Assembly: GCA_031265685.1 (NCBI GenBank)
Contig: JAISCI010000102.1
Span: 339 to 64,338, forward strand
Source of the DNA: Clostridiales bacterium
GTDB lineage: Bacteria; Bacillota; Clostridia; Lachnospirales; WRAX01
Reading direction: 5' to 3'
Length of the DNA: 64,000 bases
Position 1 is the first letter of the stretch; each line of letters opens with the position of its first letter. Made by a program: the position numbers and the translations under genes. This document shows positions 24,071 through 34,800 of this stretch, one piece after another. The notes under the pieces were generated by a model. The model saw nothing but the letters and a program-made list of their open reading frames with translations. It made no database searches and was not told the origin of the DNA.

Positions 24071-26140
24071 CTATAACCGGATCAGCTCCGCTATGCTCAT
24101 AGCAATACTATCCAATATATCATAAAACTTATCATTCAGATCGTAATACTTCCCGTCGGGCTTCGTCAGCGGGTCGTAGGATTCGATCGACTCGCGATCC
24201 TTCCGCGCGACTACGTAGCACGTCACGCCGTTTTCGCGCAACATATCGCGGATATCCTCGACCGAGCGGCCCGAGCGCGTCGGCACGTGCGGCGGCGCGT
24301 CGGTTATCAGTATAAATATCGCGCGTTCGCCCGGGGCGCTCTCCGACGAGCGCAGCAGACCGACCGCCGTCTCCAGCGCATCCAGCGACGATTCGGGGAT
24401 GTCGCCGCCGTATGTGCGCGGGATGTTTTTCACCTGTTTCTGGAACTTTTCCACGTCCGACGTGAAGCTGTATACCGAGGGCTTCTCCTTCTCGTACAAG
24501 TCGCCGAAACCGATCAGCCCCAGACTGGCGCCCGCTCCCTTGCCGCGCACTATCTCCGAGAACTCGATCGCGCGCTCCTTGACGCCGTTAATATATGTGT
24601 CCATGCTGCCCGTCGTGTCGATGACGAACACGATCCTGACGCTGCCGATGCCGGACGGTCGGCGCGGCGGCGCGGACGTCTTCGAGCGGTCAAACATCGC
24701 CCGTTCGCTCCGCCCGGTGGAAAGGTCGCGCACGTATACCTCGAACAGGTTGTCGGCGGAGATGGCGTAGGTTATCTCCAACTGCGTCGTGCCGCGCAGA
24801 CCGCCGAACTCGACGCTGCCGATATACTTGCGCTCGGCCTCGGCGCCCGCCGCCCACTGGTACACGTCCACGCTGACGGTCGTAGCCCCGGACATAGACG
24901 CGAAGTTGGAGTCCGAAAAACTGGACGGGATCTGGCTGCCCATCGGGATGATCGGTATCAGCGACTTCTCGCGCGTTGCGATATTGGTTACGGCCTCGGT
25001 GCCGAATATCTGCCGCGTTATCTGACCGACGGACACCTTGCGCTCGGGCAGGTGGATCAGGTAATTGTATATCGCCGCGCCCATCGCGACGCTCTTCGCC
25101 GGGTCGGTCGCGCGGTAGGGATCCTTCAAAAGCCCGGCCACCATACGTCTCACCATCGGGATGAGCGTCGATCCGCCGACGAGTATAACCTTCGATATAT
25201 CGTCCGCGTCGCGCCCCGAACGCTTAAGCGCTTCCGTGACAATCTCTCGGCTGCGGTCGATATACTTGCGTATCATGGACTCGAATTCCTCGCGGGTTAT
25301 CTCCAGCGAAAGGCTCTTCGGCTCGCCGCCCACGATGACGAGCGGGCTTACGCGCACCACGGCCTTGCTCGTTCCGGAAAGCTTCTTCTTCGTCTCCTCG
25401 GCGACTGCCTTTAGTTTCTGGAGGACGCGCCGCGCGTCGGCTCCGGGCAGATCGCTTAAGTCGATGCCTTCGGATTCCATGAACTTCGTCTTGAAGTGGC
25501 GTATCAGCTCGGAATCGAAATCGTCGCCGCCCAGTTCCATATCTCCGACGTCGGACAGTTCCTGGAAAATTTCCTGTCCGCTTTCGTCCTTCGATACTTT
25601 GAGCACGCACGCGTCGAACGTTCCGCCGCCAAGATCGTAAACGAGTAACGTCTGCGCCAGCCCCTGCCGGTAGCCATACTCGATCGCGGCGGCCAGCGGC
25701 TCGGAAAGCAGGTGGACGGTCGCGAACCCTGCCAGCAGCCCCGCCTGCCGCGTCGCGTATATCTGTCGGTCGTTGAAATACGCCGGGTGCGTTATAACTA
25801 CCTCGCCGAAGGCCTCGCCGGACGCTTCCTCGGCGGCGGCCTTGAGCCGGCGCAGTATGTCCGCGCTAACTTCCTCGGGGGTTTTGCGGACCGCTCCCAG
25901 TTCCAGCGCCTCGCCCGAACCCATCCGCCGCTTGACGGATATGACCGTCGATTCGGGGTAGATGATCGCGCCGGACTTCGCCTCCTCGCCGACGATAACG
26001 GATCCGTCCTCGGCGTAATGGACGACGGACGGAAGTATCTCCGAGCCGTCGATGGGAACGGCGGCGACGCCGTCCGTCCGGTCGCTGTAGATAACGGCGC
26101 ACGAGTTTGTCGTGCCCAGGTCGATGCCCAAGTATCCCAT
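24071..26140 (-). CDS. Hsp70-family ATPase fused to a C-terminal von Willebrand factor A domain
   Basis: I trimmed the track ORF to the ATG at 26140 (AGGAGA RBS), giving 689 aa. Motifs are LGIDLGTTNSCAV, VYDLGGGTFDACVL and ILVGGSTLIPMV. An SBD-beta is present (VSVDVYQW...LEITYAISADNLFEVYVRD) but no helical lid. The vWA domain has a MIDAS motif (VFVIDTTGSM ... ILITDAPPH). Confidence 0.85.
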   Translation of the reverse strand: MGYLGIDLGTTNSCAVIYSDRTDGVAAVPIDGSEILPSVVHYAEDGSVIVGEEAKSGAIIYPESTVISVKRRMGSGEALELGAVRKTPEEVSADILRRLKAAAEEASGEAFGEVVITHPAYFNDRQIYATRQAGLLAGFATVHLLSEPLAAAIEYGYRQGLAQTLLVYDLGGGTFDACVLKVSKDESGQEIFQELSDVGDMELGGDDFDSELIRHFKTKFMESEGIDLSDLPGADARRVLQKLKAVAEETKKKLSGTSKAVVRVSPLVIVGGEPKSLSLEITREEFESMIRKYIDRSREIVTEALKRSGRDADDISKVILVGGSTLIPMVRRMVAGLLKDPYRATDPAKSVAMGAAIYNYLIHLPERKVSVGQITRQIFGTEAVTNIATREKSLIPIIPMGSQIPSSFSDSNFASMSGATTVSVDVYQWAAGAEAERKYIGSVEFGGLRGTTQLEITYAISADNLFEVYVRDLSTGRSERAMFDRSKTSAPPRRPSGIGSVRIVFVIDTTGSMDTYINGVKERAIEFSEIVRGKGAGASLGLIGFGDLYEKEKPSVYSFTSDVEKFQKQVKNIPRTYGGDIPESSLDALETAVGLLRSSESAPGERAIFILITDAPPHVPTRSGRSVEDIRDMLRENGVTCYVVARKDRESIESYDPLTKPDGKYYDLNDKFYDILDSIAMSIAELIRL

Positions 26141-26167
26141 ACCAATTCTCCTGTCTGTTAAAGCTCC

Positions 26168-26338
26168 GCGCCAATCTCCATTTAAGAATATAGAAAAGAT
26201 TTTCAAGTCCGCGCCTGAAGCAGGGTAATTTTCGCGTGATGAATTTTGCGCGGCTTACGCAAAATTCCATCACGCGAAAATGCGATCGAAACTCGTCCAT
26301 ACAAAAATTTACTTCCGCCAATCTAACGGAGATCAGTA
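26168..26338. repeat. family-A-like composite element with a long family-B hairpin (26227..26280)
   Basis: ccaatctccattt / gaaaagattttcaag / ... aattttcgcgtgatgaattttgcg cggctta cgcaaaattccatcacgcgaaaa ... / acggagatcagtat. It fills the whole gap between two Hsp70 genes. Confidence 0.8.
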
Positions 26339-27934
26339 TTACACCCGCGTCTTCTTCCCCCGCTGGGGCGTGAAGTTTCGCTTATAGCCGCCGCCGGCGT
26401 CCTCAACCATGCCGGAGACTACCCCGCCCTCCTCGGCGGCGGACAGCGTGATTCGCAGCCTTGTCCCGCCGCTGGGGCGCGGAGGAAGTCCCGTTACCTC
26501 TATGTCGCCGATCAGCCGGCAGTCCTCCACGGGATCGTCCCGGTTGATCCGCTCCAGAACGCGCAGATCGAAACGCGTCATGTCTTCGGGGCGGCTTCCG
26601 GAGAGCGTGAACACGGCGTCTTTGCGCGCCAGAGCGTAAGGCGTGCCGCGCCGGATCAGCGTATAGAAAACCTTTTTCGCGCCGTTTGTCACCTCCAGCC
26701 CGATGTCGTGCGGAACGCTGCCGGAGAACGCAACGGCGCGGCGCTCGGCGGAGAACTCCCGCCCGGCGAGAAGCCCCATCTTCATCGCCGCGTAGTACGC
26801 CGCGCCGACCGATATGTCCAGCGCGGGGCGCTCGGACTGATATATCTTCGATTCGTCGCCGAACACGCCGTTCAACATATCCCGCACCCAGGGCGCGGCC
26901 GACGATCCGCCCTCCAACAGCACGCGGCTGATGTCCCCGGGAGCCAGAGCGCCCTTGTACGCGCCGCGCAGCGCCTTTTGCGTAAGCTGACGCGTCTTCT
27001 CGATAAACGCCGCCGCCAGTCCCTCATAGCGCTCGCGCGTCAGGTTCTCGATAAACGGCGGTATCATAAACGTGAACGGCACGCGGAACGACTTCGCGCC
27101 CGAGAGCCGTTCCTTCGCCTCGCGCGCGCGGATCTCCACTTCGGCGCGGTTTTCCGGGACGATCGATTCGCGGGTCTGGCCGGTTTTCGCCTCTATCCAG
27201 TCGTAGCACTGTTCGGTAAGAATAGCGTCGAGCGCGTCTCCGCCGTGGGCCGCGTCTCCGCCCTCGGATATGACCGTCAGCCGCGTCAGTCCCGGCGGTT
27301 CCTCCGTCACGCTGAAAACGGTTATATCGAGCGTGCCGCCGCCGAAGTCGAACACCAGCACGCGCTCGCCGTCCTCAAGCTCGCGCTTGAAATTCATAGC
27401 GAGCGCGGCGGCCTTCGGCTCCTCGATCAGGCAGATCAGGCCGCCGCCCAGCCCCGCCAGCTCGCAGGCGCGGATTGTCGCCTTCTTCGCGGCGTCGTCG
27501 AACCCATAAGGCACTGATACGACCAGTCCGGCTATCTCGGCTTTCGGGTTTATCGCTCGCGCGCGCGACGCCAGTTCTTCCAATATCTTCGCGGATATTT
27601 CCTCCGGCGCGTAGTCCTTGCCGCCCAGCCGGAACGTCTTGTCCGTGCCCATATACCGCTTCGCCGAACGCACCGTGGAATCGGGGTACAGCTTTATCGA
27701 GCGGTAGGCCTCCTCGCCGACGACCCACTCGCCGCCGTCGCGCCACTGCACAACGGAAGGCAGCGGTATCTTGCCGAACCCGTCCGAAACGTCGATGGTT
27801 TCGGGCGCGCCGGACGACGGCGAATAATAACTGACGACGGAGTTGGTCGTGCCTAAGTCTATGCCGAGCACGAACCAGTCCTCGGGCAGGGACCCGCGCC
27901 GGTCTATATCTTTTTTGCAATCTTCCCACTTCAT
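26339..27934 (-). CDS. Hsp70-family ATPase, lidless paralogue
   Basis: 531 aa. LGIDLGTTNSVVSYY, VFDFGGGTLDITVF, LLEGGSSAAPWV. It ends just after the beta-sandwich SBD. Confidence 0.85.
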   Translation of the reverse strand: MKWEDCKKDIDRRGSLPEDWFVLGIDLGTTNSVVSYYSPSSGAPETIDVSDGFGKIPLPSVVQWRDGGEWVVGEEAYRSIKLYPDSTVRSAKRYMGTDKTFRLGGKDYAPEEISAKILEELASRARAINPKAEIAGLVVSVPYGFDDAAKKATIRACELAGLGGGLICLIEEPKAAALAMNFKRELEDGERVLVFDFGGGTLDITVFSVTEEPPGLTRLTVISEGGDAAHGGDALDAILTEQCYDWIEAKTGQTRESIVPENRAEVEIRAREAKERLSGAKSFRVPFTFMIPPFIENLTRERYEGLAAAFIEKTRQLTQKALRGAYKGALAPGDISRVLLEGGSSAAPWVRDMLNGVFGDESKIYQSERPALDISVGAAYYAAMKMGLLAGREFSAERRAVAFSGSVPHDIGLEVTNGAKKVFYTLIRRGTPYALARKDAVFTLSGSRPEDMTRFDLRVLERINRDDPVEDCRLIGDIEVTGLPPRPSGGTRLRITLSAAEEGGVVSGMVEDAGGGYKRNFTPQRGKKTRV

Positions 27935-27935
27935 A

Positions 27936-29381
27936 TTATATTGTCTCCAGTTTTACTTTTGTCCGCGCCGACCCGCCGGCGGACGGAAACTGCTCGCCGA
28001 ACCCGACGTCCCGGACGGCGACGTCCAGCGTGTCGGCCGCCGAAAAAGCCAGCGACACGCCAACGACAGTCGTCCCCGCGGGACGTCTCGGAAGGCCGGT
28101 CAGCGTCAGATCAGTCAGTTTCACGCCGTCCCGCCCGCCCGAATAAATCTCGACGACCGGCGGCGCGTCTGTCGGCTCGGTCAGCAGAAATGTTCCTTCC
28201 GGGAATTTATCCCACCAATACGCCCCTTCCGGCGCTATCGGGAAGAACCGCGCCGCGTTCCCCGCGCGCACGCGCACGCCCACTCCGCGAGAAAGGCGGT
28301 TAACGTCTCGCAGTTTCGGAAAGGCGGGCGCCAGACCCAGCCCAGCCGCCGCTATCAGACACGCACCCTCGGCCAGAGCGACGGCGGGAACCTTCGGGCA
28401 GATAAGCTCCGCGCGCGGGAACGCCTTTGCCGCGGCCGCCCTCGCGAACGGGTACTCAAACCCGCCGCCCATAAGACATACCGCCGAGACCGCGGCGCGC
28501 TCCCCCGCCGCCGTGACCGCCGCTCTGATCCCCTCGGCGAAAGGTTTTGTCACGGCACGGATATCGGCGTCGCGGGCGGTCATCGCGAAAGGCGGGTACG
28601 CGAAAGATACGTAGAGTTTCACGTCCTTGGCGGACTGCCTCCCCAGAAGCAGCCGCCGGTGCGAACGGCAGAACCGCTCAAGCTGACGGACGTCCCGCGC
28701 GGAAGGCTCCCCGGCGGACTTCTCGTATAGTCCGGCCACAAAAGAGTCGGCCGCCCTGCCCAGAGCGTCCGCACCCAGATCGGGGTACGACACGCTCGAC
28801 AGGCAATCCACAAACCCGCCGCGCCTCTCGTACAGCCCGACGCGAAACGCCCCGGCTCCGAAGTCCGCGATAATGGTCGGCTGGCCATCACGCCCCGCGA
28901 GCAGCCGGGCGGCTGCGCATTCCCGAGCGTCGCGTATGTCCGCGAGCGCGGAGCCGTATCCGGCGTGGACGAACGCCGCGCGAAGATCCTCGGCGGCGGC
29001 GGCCGGCCAATCGGCGGGGGACGCCGCCACTATCGCCTCGACGCCGGCTTTCGGATCCGCGCCTTTCACGAAAGCGATCATGTCGCGGATATATTCGCCG
29101 GTTATCTCGCGTATCGGCGTAGGGCGGCCCCCGGCGCTTGCGTACTCTCCCTTGCCCAGTCGCTCGGGAAGACGCGTAAAAACCGCGCCGTCTTCTCCGC
29201 CGGAGAGCGCGTATTCCCCGAACACCCATTCGCCGTTCGCGTATTCGACCACCGTCGGAGAGGACGGCACACCGTACCCTCCGGATATGTCCACCGCGGC
29301 GGCCTCGCCGCGGACGGCGTCGTAATACGCCACGGCGGATGAATCCGCTCCGATGTCGATCCCGAGAACGAACCCGCTCAT
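27936..29381 (-). CDS. Hsp70/actin-fold protein with degenerate nucleotide-binding motifs
   Basis: 481 aa and colinear with the neighbouring Hsp70s, but GIDIGADSSAVAYY replaces GTTNS, ADFGAGAFRVGLY replaces DFGGGTFD, and CLMGGGFEYPFA replaces the adenosine motif. Confidence 0.7.
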   Translation of the reverse strand: MSGFVLGIDIGADSSAVAYYDAVRGEAAAVDISGGYGVPSSPTVVEYANGEWVFGEYALSGGEDGAVFTRLPERLGKGEYASAGGRPTPIREITGEYIRDMIAFVKGADPKAGVEAIVAASPADWPAAAAEDLRAAFVHAGYGSALADIRDARECAAARLLAGRDGQPTIIADFGAGAFRVGLYERRGGFVDCLSSVSYPDLGADALGRAADSFVAGLYEKSAGEPSARDVRQLERFCRSHRRLLLGRQSAKDVKLYVSFAYPPFAMTARDADIRAVTKPFAEGIRAAVTAAGERAAVSAVCLMGGGFEYPFARAAAAKAFPRAELICPKVPAVALAEGACLIAAAGLGLAPAFPKLRDVNRLSRGVGVRVRAGNAARFFPIAPEGAYWWDKFPEGTFLLTEPTDAPPVVEIYSGGRDGVKLTDLTLTGLPRRPAGTTVVGVSLAFSAADTLDVAVRDVGFGEQFPSAGGSARTKVKLETI

Positions 29382-30169
29382 CTTGCCGCTATGACGTTCG
29401 CGCGGACCAGCGCCTTATCGCCCTCGCGCCAGCCGCGCCCGCATACCGCGATTATCTCGCCGCGCTTTCGCTCCGGGTGCGGCTCGGCGGCCAGCGCCAC
29501 GTGCCAGCGTCCGGAGAACATCTCTCCCGGCTGCGGCTCGACTGGGAATATACCCGCTTCGGCCAGCAGTCTCTCGATTCCAAGCGACGTGCCCGCGCAA
29601 AGGCCCGCTAGCTTCCGGGCGGCGGGATCGCCGGACTGCGCCAGGCGCGGAACGGAGTAGTACATCATCTCGTCGAAGGTGGACACCTCGAACAGCAGCG
29701 CGTCTTTCAGGAAAGCCGCGCGGGATTTTTCCGCCGCCGCGAGTACGCGCGCTCGCTCGGCAGCGCGTTTCTCACGGATCAGCTTCGCGGAGCGCCCGTC
29801 CGGCGAGGTTATGGGCGAAACGCCTTCCAGCGTCTTTTCGGAAGCTTCGCGCGCACCCTCGGCGGACTGGCGCAGACTGTCCGCCTTGATGGCTATGGCC
29901 TCCGCGACGCCCCGCGCGATTGTTTCGGTCTCGTTGGTGAATTCGGCGGACGACACGAAAGCCGAAACGCCGTCGAGCAGTTCCGCGAAAGCCAGCGCCA
30001 TGTCGGCGGGCTTCGCGAGCAATCGCGCCGCGTCGGCGAGCGTCCGGCGATAGTCCGCGTCCCAGCGGGAGAAGGCGGATTCCCTCGCGCGGAACCTGCG
30101 GGCTTCCTCCGCCGCGCGCCGGTTCTGGTAATGGAGTTTTAAGCGCTCATGTTTTTCTCTGGATGGCAT
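29378..30169 (-). CDS. GrpE-like nucleotide exchange factor
   Basis: I trimmed the track ORF to the ATG at 30169 (GAGGGA RBS), giving 263 aa. A long helical N-terminal part is followed by a C-terminus LLAEAGIFPVEPQPGEMFSGRWHVALAAE...GEIIAVCGRGWREGDKALVRANVIAAR, which follows the GrpE beta-domain pattern (G-x-x-x-I-x-x-x-G-x-x-FDP-x-x-H-x-A...G-Y...R-x-A-x-V). Confidence 0.6.
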   Translation of the reverse strand: MPSREKHERLKLHYQNRRAAEEARRFRARESAFSRWDADYRRTLADAARLLAKPADMALAFAELLDGVSAFVSSAEFTNETETIARGVAEAIAIKADSLRQSAEGAREASEKTLEGVSPITSPDGRSAKLIREKRAAERARVLAAAEKSRAAFLKDALLFEVSTFDEMMYYSVPRLAQSGDPAARKLAGLCAGTSLGIERLLAEAGIFPVEPQPGEMFSGRWHVALAAEPHPERKRGEIIAVCGRGWREGDKALVRANVIAAR

Positions 30170-30177
30170 TTTATCCC

Positions 30178-31860
30178 TCAATACAGATCGTCCACAGTCA
30201 GTTCCGTGACCAGCCCGCCCGCCGACAGCGATTCCGCCATGACGCGCAGCATGTTGTCCTGCCCGACACTGAACACGACGCGCACGCGCTCTTGCCCCTT
30301 CGGTCCCTGCGGTATCCCGCGGAGGCTCGTGCCCGAGAGCCGCTTCATGCCGTCGCGGTAGACGTAATCCGGCGAGCCGTCCGTCGCGGGCGCGGTGTTT
30401 TCGTATACGACTATCGCCATGCTGGACAGGTTGTCGAAACCGGTCGTCAGCGTCTCGGGGCATTCCACCGTGAGGCCCTCGGGCGGGATGTCCATGCCGG
30501 AATCCACTATTTTAAGGAATCGTCGCCCATGAAGCTCCAGCCCCAGCGGGTGAATCGTTCTCTCTTTGACCTTGACGATGGGTTCCGCTATGTCGGGCAT
30601 CATGATCATTTCGCAATAAACGGCCGCCCCGCGCGAGATAGAGAGGGCGGGGCTGACCTTGGACTTATACGGCGCCCTGCCGAACTTCTCCTCGACGCGA
30701 TTGGCCGCGAGCGGTATCGCCGAGCTTCCCCCGACGAGGAACACCTCGTCGATGTCCCCGGCGGAAAGCCCTGCCGCCTCGAGACATTTATCAACGCATG
30801 CCAGCGTGGAATCCACCATGTCCGACAGAGTCTTTCCCTCAAACTTCCCAAACGAAACGTCGTCCTGACCCAGGCGGTTGACGCGCGCGTGCGTCTCGAG
30901 CTGTTCGCGGGTTATTTCCATATTTATGCTGACGACGATTGGTTCCTGCAGGAACGGGCTGAGCGTGACCTTGGCGCTCTTCGCCTGACTGAGCCGTTCC
31001 TTGGCGACGTTCGCGGCCTGGCGCAGACGCGCCTGAGCCGTCTTTTTCTGACGCCTCGACACGCCGTCGTCCACTTGCTCGTCGAAGATGTCTATTTCGC
31101 CGTTTGTAAGGTTCTTGAACTCTTCGTAAATAATATCCATGACCAGCGCGTCCGCGTCGTCGCCGCCCAGCCGGTTGTCGCCGTAGGTGGACGCTACCGA
31201 GATGACCGGCTCGTCGCCGGGTTTCGCGTCTATATCGAGTATGCAGGCGTCGAACGTTCCGCCGCCAAAGTCGTATATGAGGACCTTCTTGGCGGAGGAT
31301 TCGCCGATGGCGTAGCTGATCGCGGCGGCGGCGGGTTCAAGCCGAAGATACACGCTGTCCTCGTCGAATCCGGCGAGCACGGCGGCCTCTTTCGTCACGC
31401 GCTTCTGCTTGTCCGTGGAATTGGCGGGCACGGTTATAACGCAGCCCGAAAACTCGCCCGGTATGCCCAGTTCTTCCCGCGCGTACTCGTCGGCTTTGCG
31501 CTTCAGGCAGCCGAGTATCTCCCCGGCGATCTGCGCCGGCGTGAAGGCGTGTTCCTCGCCGCCCGCCTCGACTACGATTTTTTCGTCCGAACCCAGCAGT
31601 CGCTTCACCGAAAGCACCGTGGACGCCGGGAATATCGCGGCGGCTTCCTTCGCTTCCGCGCCGAACACTCGGGAGAGCTTGCCCGGCTCGTCCGGGTCCG
31701 GCTCGAACTGAACCGCCGTCGGGAAGATATTGGCGCCGTCGATAGGGATAGTCTGCGCCTCCCCATCCTTAAAGTTAAATATGCTGACGACGGAGTTGGT
31801 TGTGCCGAAGTCCACGCCGAGATACAGCCCCCGCGCCGTGTCGAGACCGATTGTTCCCAT
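30178..31860 (-). CDS. Hsp70-family ATPase, lidless paralogue
   Basis: 560 aa. LGVDFGTTNSVVSIF, IYDFGGGTFDACIL, FLVGGSSAIPLA. It ends just after the beta-sandwich SBD. Confidence 0.85.
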   Translation of the reverse strand: MGTIGLDTARGLYLGVDFGTTNSVVSIFNFKDGEAQTIPIDGANIFPTAVQFEPDPDEPGKLSRVFGAEAKEAAAIFPASTVLSVKRLLGSDEKIVVEAGGEEHAFTPAQIAGEILGCLKRKADEYAREELGIPGEFSGCVITVPANSTDKQKRVTKEAAVLAGFDEDSVYLRLEPAAAAISYAIGESSAKKVLIYDFGGGTFDACILDIDAKPGDEPVISVASTYGDNRLGGDDADALVMDIIYEEFKNLTNGEIDIFDEQVDDGVSRRQKKTAQARLRQAANVAKERLSQAKSAKVTLSPFLQEPIVVSINMEITREQLETHARVNRLGQDDVSFGKFEGKTLSDMVDSTLACVDKCLEAAGLSAGDIDEVFLVGGSSAIPLAANRVEEKFGRAPYKSKVSPALSISRGAAVYCEMIMMPDIAEPIVKVKERTIHPLGLELHGRRFLKIVDSGMDIPPEGLTVECPETLTTGFDNLSSMAIVVYENTAPATDGSPDYVYRDGMKRLSGTSLRGIPQGPKGQERVRVVFSVGQDNMLRVMAESLSAGGLVTELTVDDLY

Positions 31861-31872
31861 AATTTATCCTCC

Positions 31873-34800
31873 TTAGAGTAGTATCGCCCTGGCCCGCGGG
31901 ACAGGCGAGAGAGCCTTTTCGGCGGAGCGTTCGGCAAGCTCCTCCCGCCCGCGCGCGAGATGAACCGCGGCGTCGTTGACGGCCTGCCAGCCGCCCTCGC
32001 CAAGCCCAAGCTCCGCCTTCGCGACGGCAAGCGTCCGGCTGGCGGTCTCGGTTTCCCCGCCCGCACCGCGCTCGACGAACCGATACCTGATCCTGTCGCC
32101 GTGGAACGCGCGGATATTCGCGGCATACACGCCGAAGCGGACGTATTTCGCCGGGACGCCGCGTTCGGGGCCGCCCGCCGAATACACCAGGGAGACGTTC
32201 CTCCCGCGCCGCCCTCTGTGCTCAAGCGGCTGGTTTTCCTCTATATACGGCGTCCGCGCGGATTTGTCTTTGATCGTTTCCAGTGCCGGCGGGATAACGC
32301 CCAGTTTTTCGGCAGTGGCCGCCGCGCGCGCGACGACCTCGCCGGACGGCTTGACACCTCTGGCGTATACCGCGCAGAGAGCGAAAACGGTCGTATCTTC
32401 CGGATCCGCCCCGGACAGGCAAAGGCCCTCCAGCGCCGCTACCGCTTCCAGCGCGGGTTCCAGACCGTCAAGCTCAATCCCCCTGCACAGCGCCGCCGCG
32501 TATGCCCGGACATGAGCCGATTTCGCCGCCCGCGGCGCTTCCCGCGCGAACGCCGCCTGAGCCGCCCCGGACATATCACGCGTCAGCGCCGCCGAATCCA
32601 GTATCTCCCTGTCGAGCGCGGCGGAGCCGCCGCCAGCGCGGATCGCGGCCTCGGCCAGCCGAGCCATGTCCGCGACACTGCCCGCGCTGCCGGCGGCGGC
32701 TTTCGCCACGCCCGCGTCATACCATCCGCCCAGCGTCAGCTCGCGGCAGACCGGCCCTATCACGGCGCGATCCGCCGCCGACCCCGACCCGGCGACAGCT
32801 CTCGCCGCCGCGAACTTCGTCTCGTCGTCAATCGCCGGAGATTTGGACGCGAGCAGCTTCGCGAGGCGCTCCATGTCGCCCGCCGCCGCCAGCGCCGCGG
32901 CTATAGGCGCCGCGAACACCGCCGGAACGCTTCTCGCGTCCGTCCCGGCGTATCTCTCCGCCGCTTCCGCCGTCAGTCCCGTTTTGGCGAGCAAGCCCGC
33001 CGCCGCCGCCGAAACCGCCCGCAACAGTTCGGGCGAGAGCGAGGGTTCTCGCAGAGCTTTCGTCAGCATCGACAGTTTATTGGCGGCCGATATGCCGCGC
33101 GTCCGGGGATCGTCGTCTATGATCCCCTTGGAGAGCGCCGCGAGCAGTCTCGGCGACGGGTTGCCGTCCAGAAAAAACCGCGTGTACAGACGTATCCCAG
33201 CGTTCTCGATCATGCGGACAGCCGTGAATCCGCCGCCGGCGGCCGCGCCCGCGCCGTCCAGAAACGCCGCCGAAAACCCGTGCCCCGCGGCTTCCGCGAC
33301 ACATGACGTGCCCGAGAAGGAGTAGTTTTCGGGAGCCGCCATCAGCGGGTCAAATACGCGAACCTGCCGAGCGGACTGATCCGCCGGCGACAGGCGGAAG
33401 CGGAACAGGTTGTCGCGCACAAGCCGTTCGGCCTTCTTATACAGCGGCGACGACCTGTCCGCGACGTCGAGGTAGAACGCGTACGCGCTCAGGAAGTATC
33501 GTCCCGTTTCGCCCGCCGTCAGCGACCGCTCGGCGAATTCCGCGATCCGGCGCGTCAGCGGGCCGACCGCCTGCTGGTTCTCGGGGCGGGTCAGCATCAG
33601 ATGGAACACGAAAGCGTCGTCCGCTCCCTCGGCGTACTCGCGCAGGGCGGCTGGCGGTACGTCCGGAACGGCCCGCCGCCGCGCCGACGTTATGACGGCG
33701 GCCGAAAGACCGGGTATGCTCAGGCCGGCGTTCAGCGCCGTGACATAATACCGGTAGGCCCGCTCGGAATAATCCGCCCGCGTGAGCGCCGACGAGCACA
33801 GCGCCGCCAGCAGCGACCGCTCCGGATACCGCCGGTAGACGCTGTCGGCGGCGGCCGGAGTCATGCGCGCCGCTATCGCCGCGCCATACATTCGGACGGC
33901 CCTCGAAATGTCCCGCCCCTTGGCCGCGCCCCACGCGACGGCTCCGAGAAAGAGCGAACGTCCCGGCGCGCCCGATATGTCCGTGTCCGGATCGGCGGCG
34001 CAAAGACAGTCGCACGCGCAATCAAGGAGCCGCCTCGAACGCTCCCCCAGCGCGAACGCTTCCGCGAGCGCCGCGAAGCCGCGAGCCGCGCCAAACGCCG
34101 TGAACGCCGCCATTCCCGCGTATGACGATTCGGACGAGCGAGCGAGCCGCCCCGCCTCGCGCCGCGCGGTGAACATCGAACCGCCGTCGGCCGCCGCGCG
34201 GCACCGCAGATATACGTACCGCGCCCATTCCTCCGGCGCCGTCTTTCTAAGCCGCCGGTCGCGCTTCGCGGCGGATTTGAGCTGCAGCCGGGCGCTCTCA
34301 AGTAGCCCGGCGGATATGTCGCGTTCTATCGTGTCGAGCGTGTCGGGCGGGATCGGGCTTTTGAGCTTAATCGACACGGCGACGCGCGTTACCCCAGCCG
34401 GGGTGATCAGATCGACGGCAGCTTCGGCCTCGGTCGTCTTACGCCCAAGTTCCGGCGCGACGGTGAACGGTATGCCCGCCTTGTCCGCGATGAGGTATCG
34501 CCGCGCCGAGAACCTCGTGAGCCGGTCCCTCGGCGCCGCCTCGACGAGCATGTCGCGGCGCGTCGAGTTGACGACGATTATCGAGCCGGATTCGCCGGGC
34601 GCGTATGTCTCGCGGTCCGTCCGCGCGGAGAGCGACCGGCGCCGCGCCGCCATGATCGTAACGCCCGAGCCGTCCGACAGATTGACGCGGGCGGCGGCGA
34701 AGCGCGATTTAAGCAGCCCGGGATATATGATGAAGCGTTTTTCGGCAAAGCCGTCTTTCGAGAAATCCGACGGCGAGACGACCGGTTCCAGCAACTTGAG

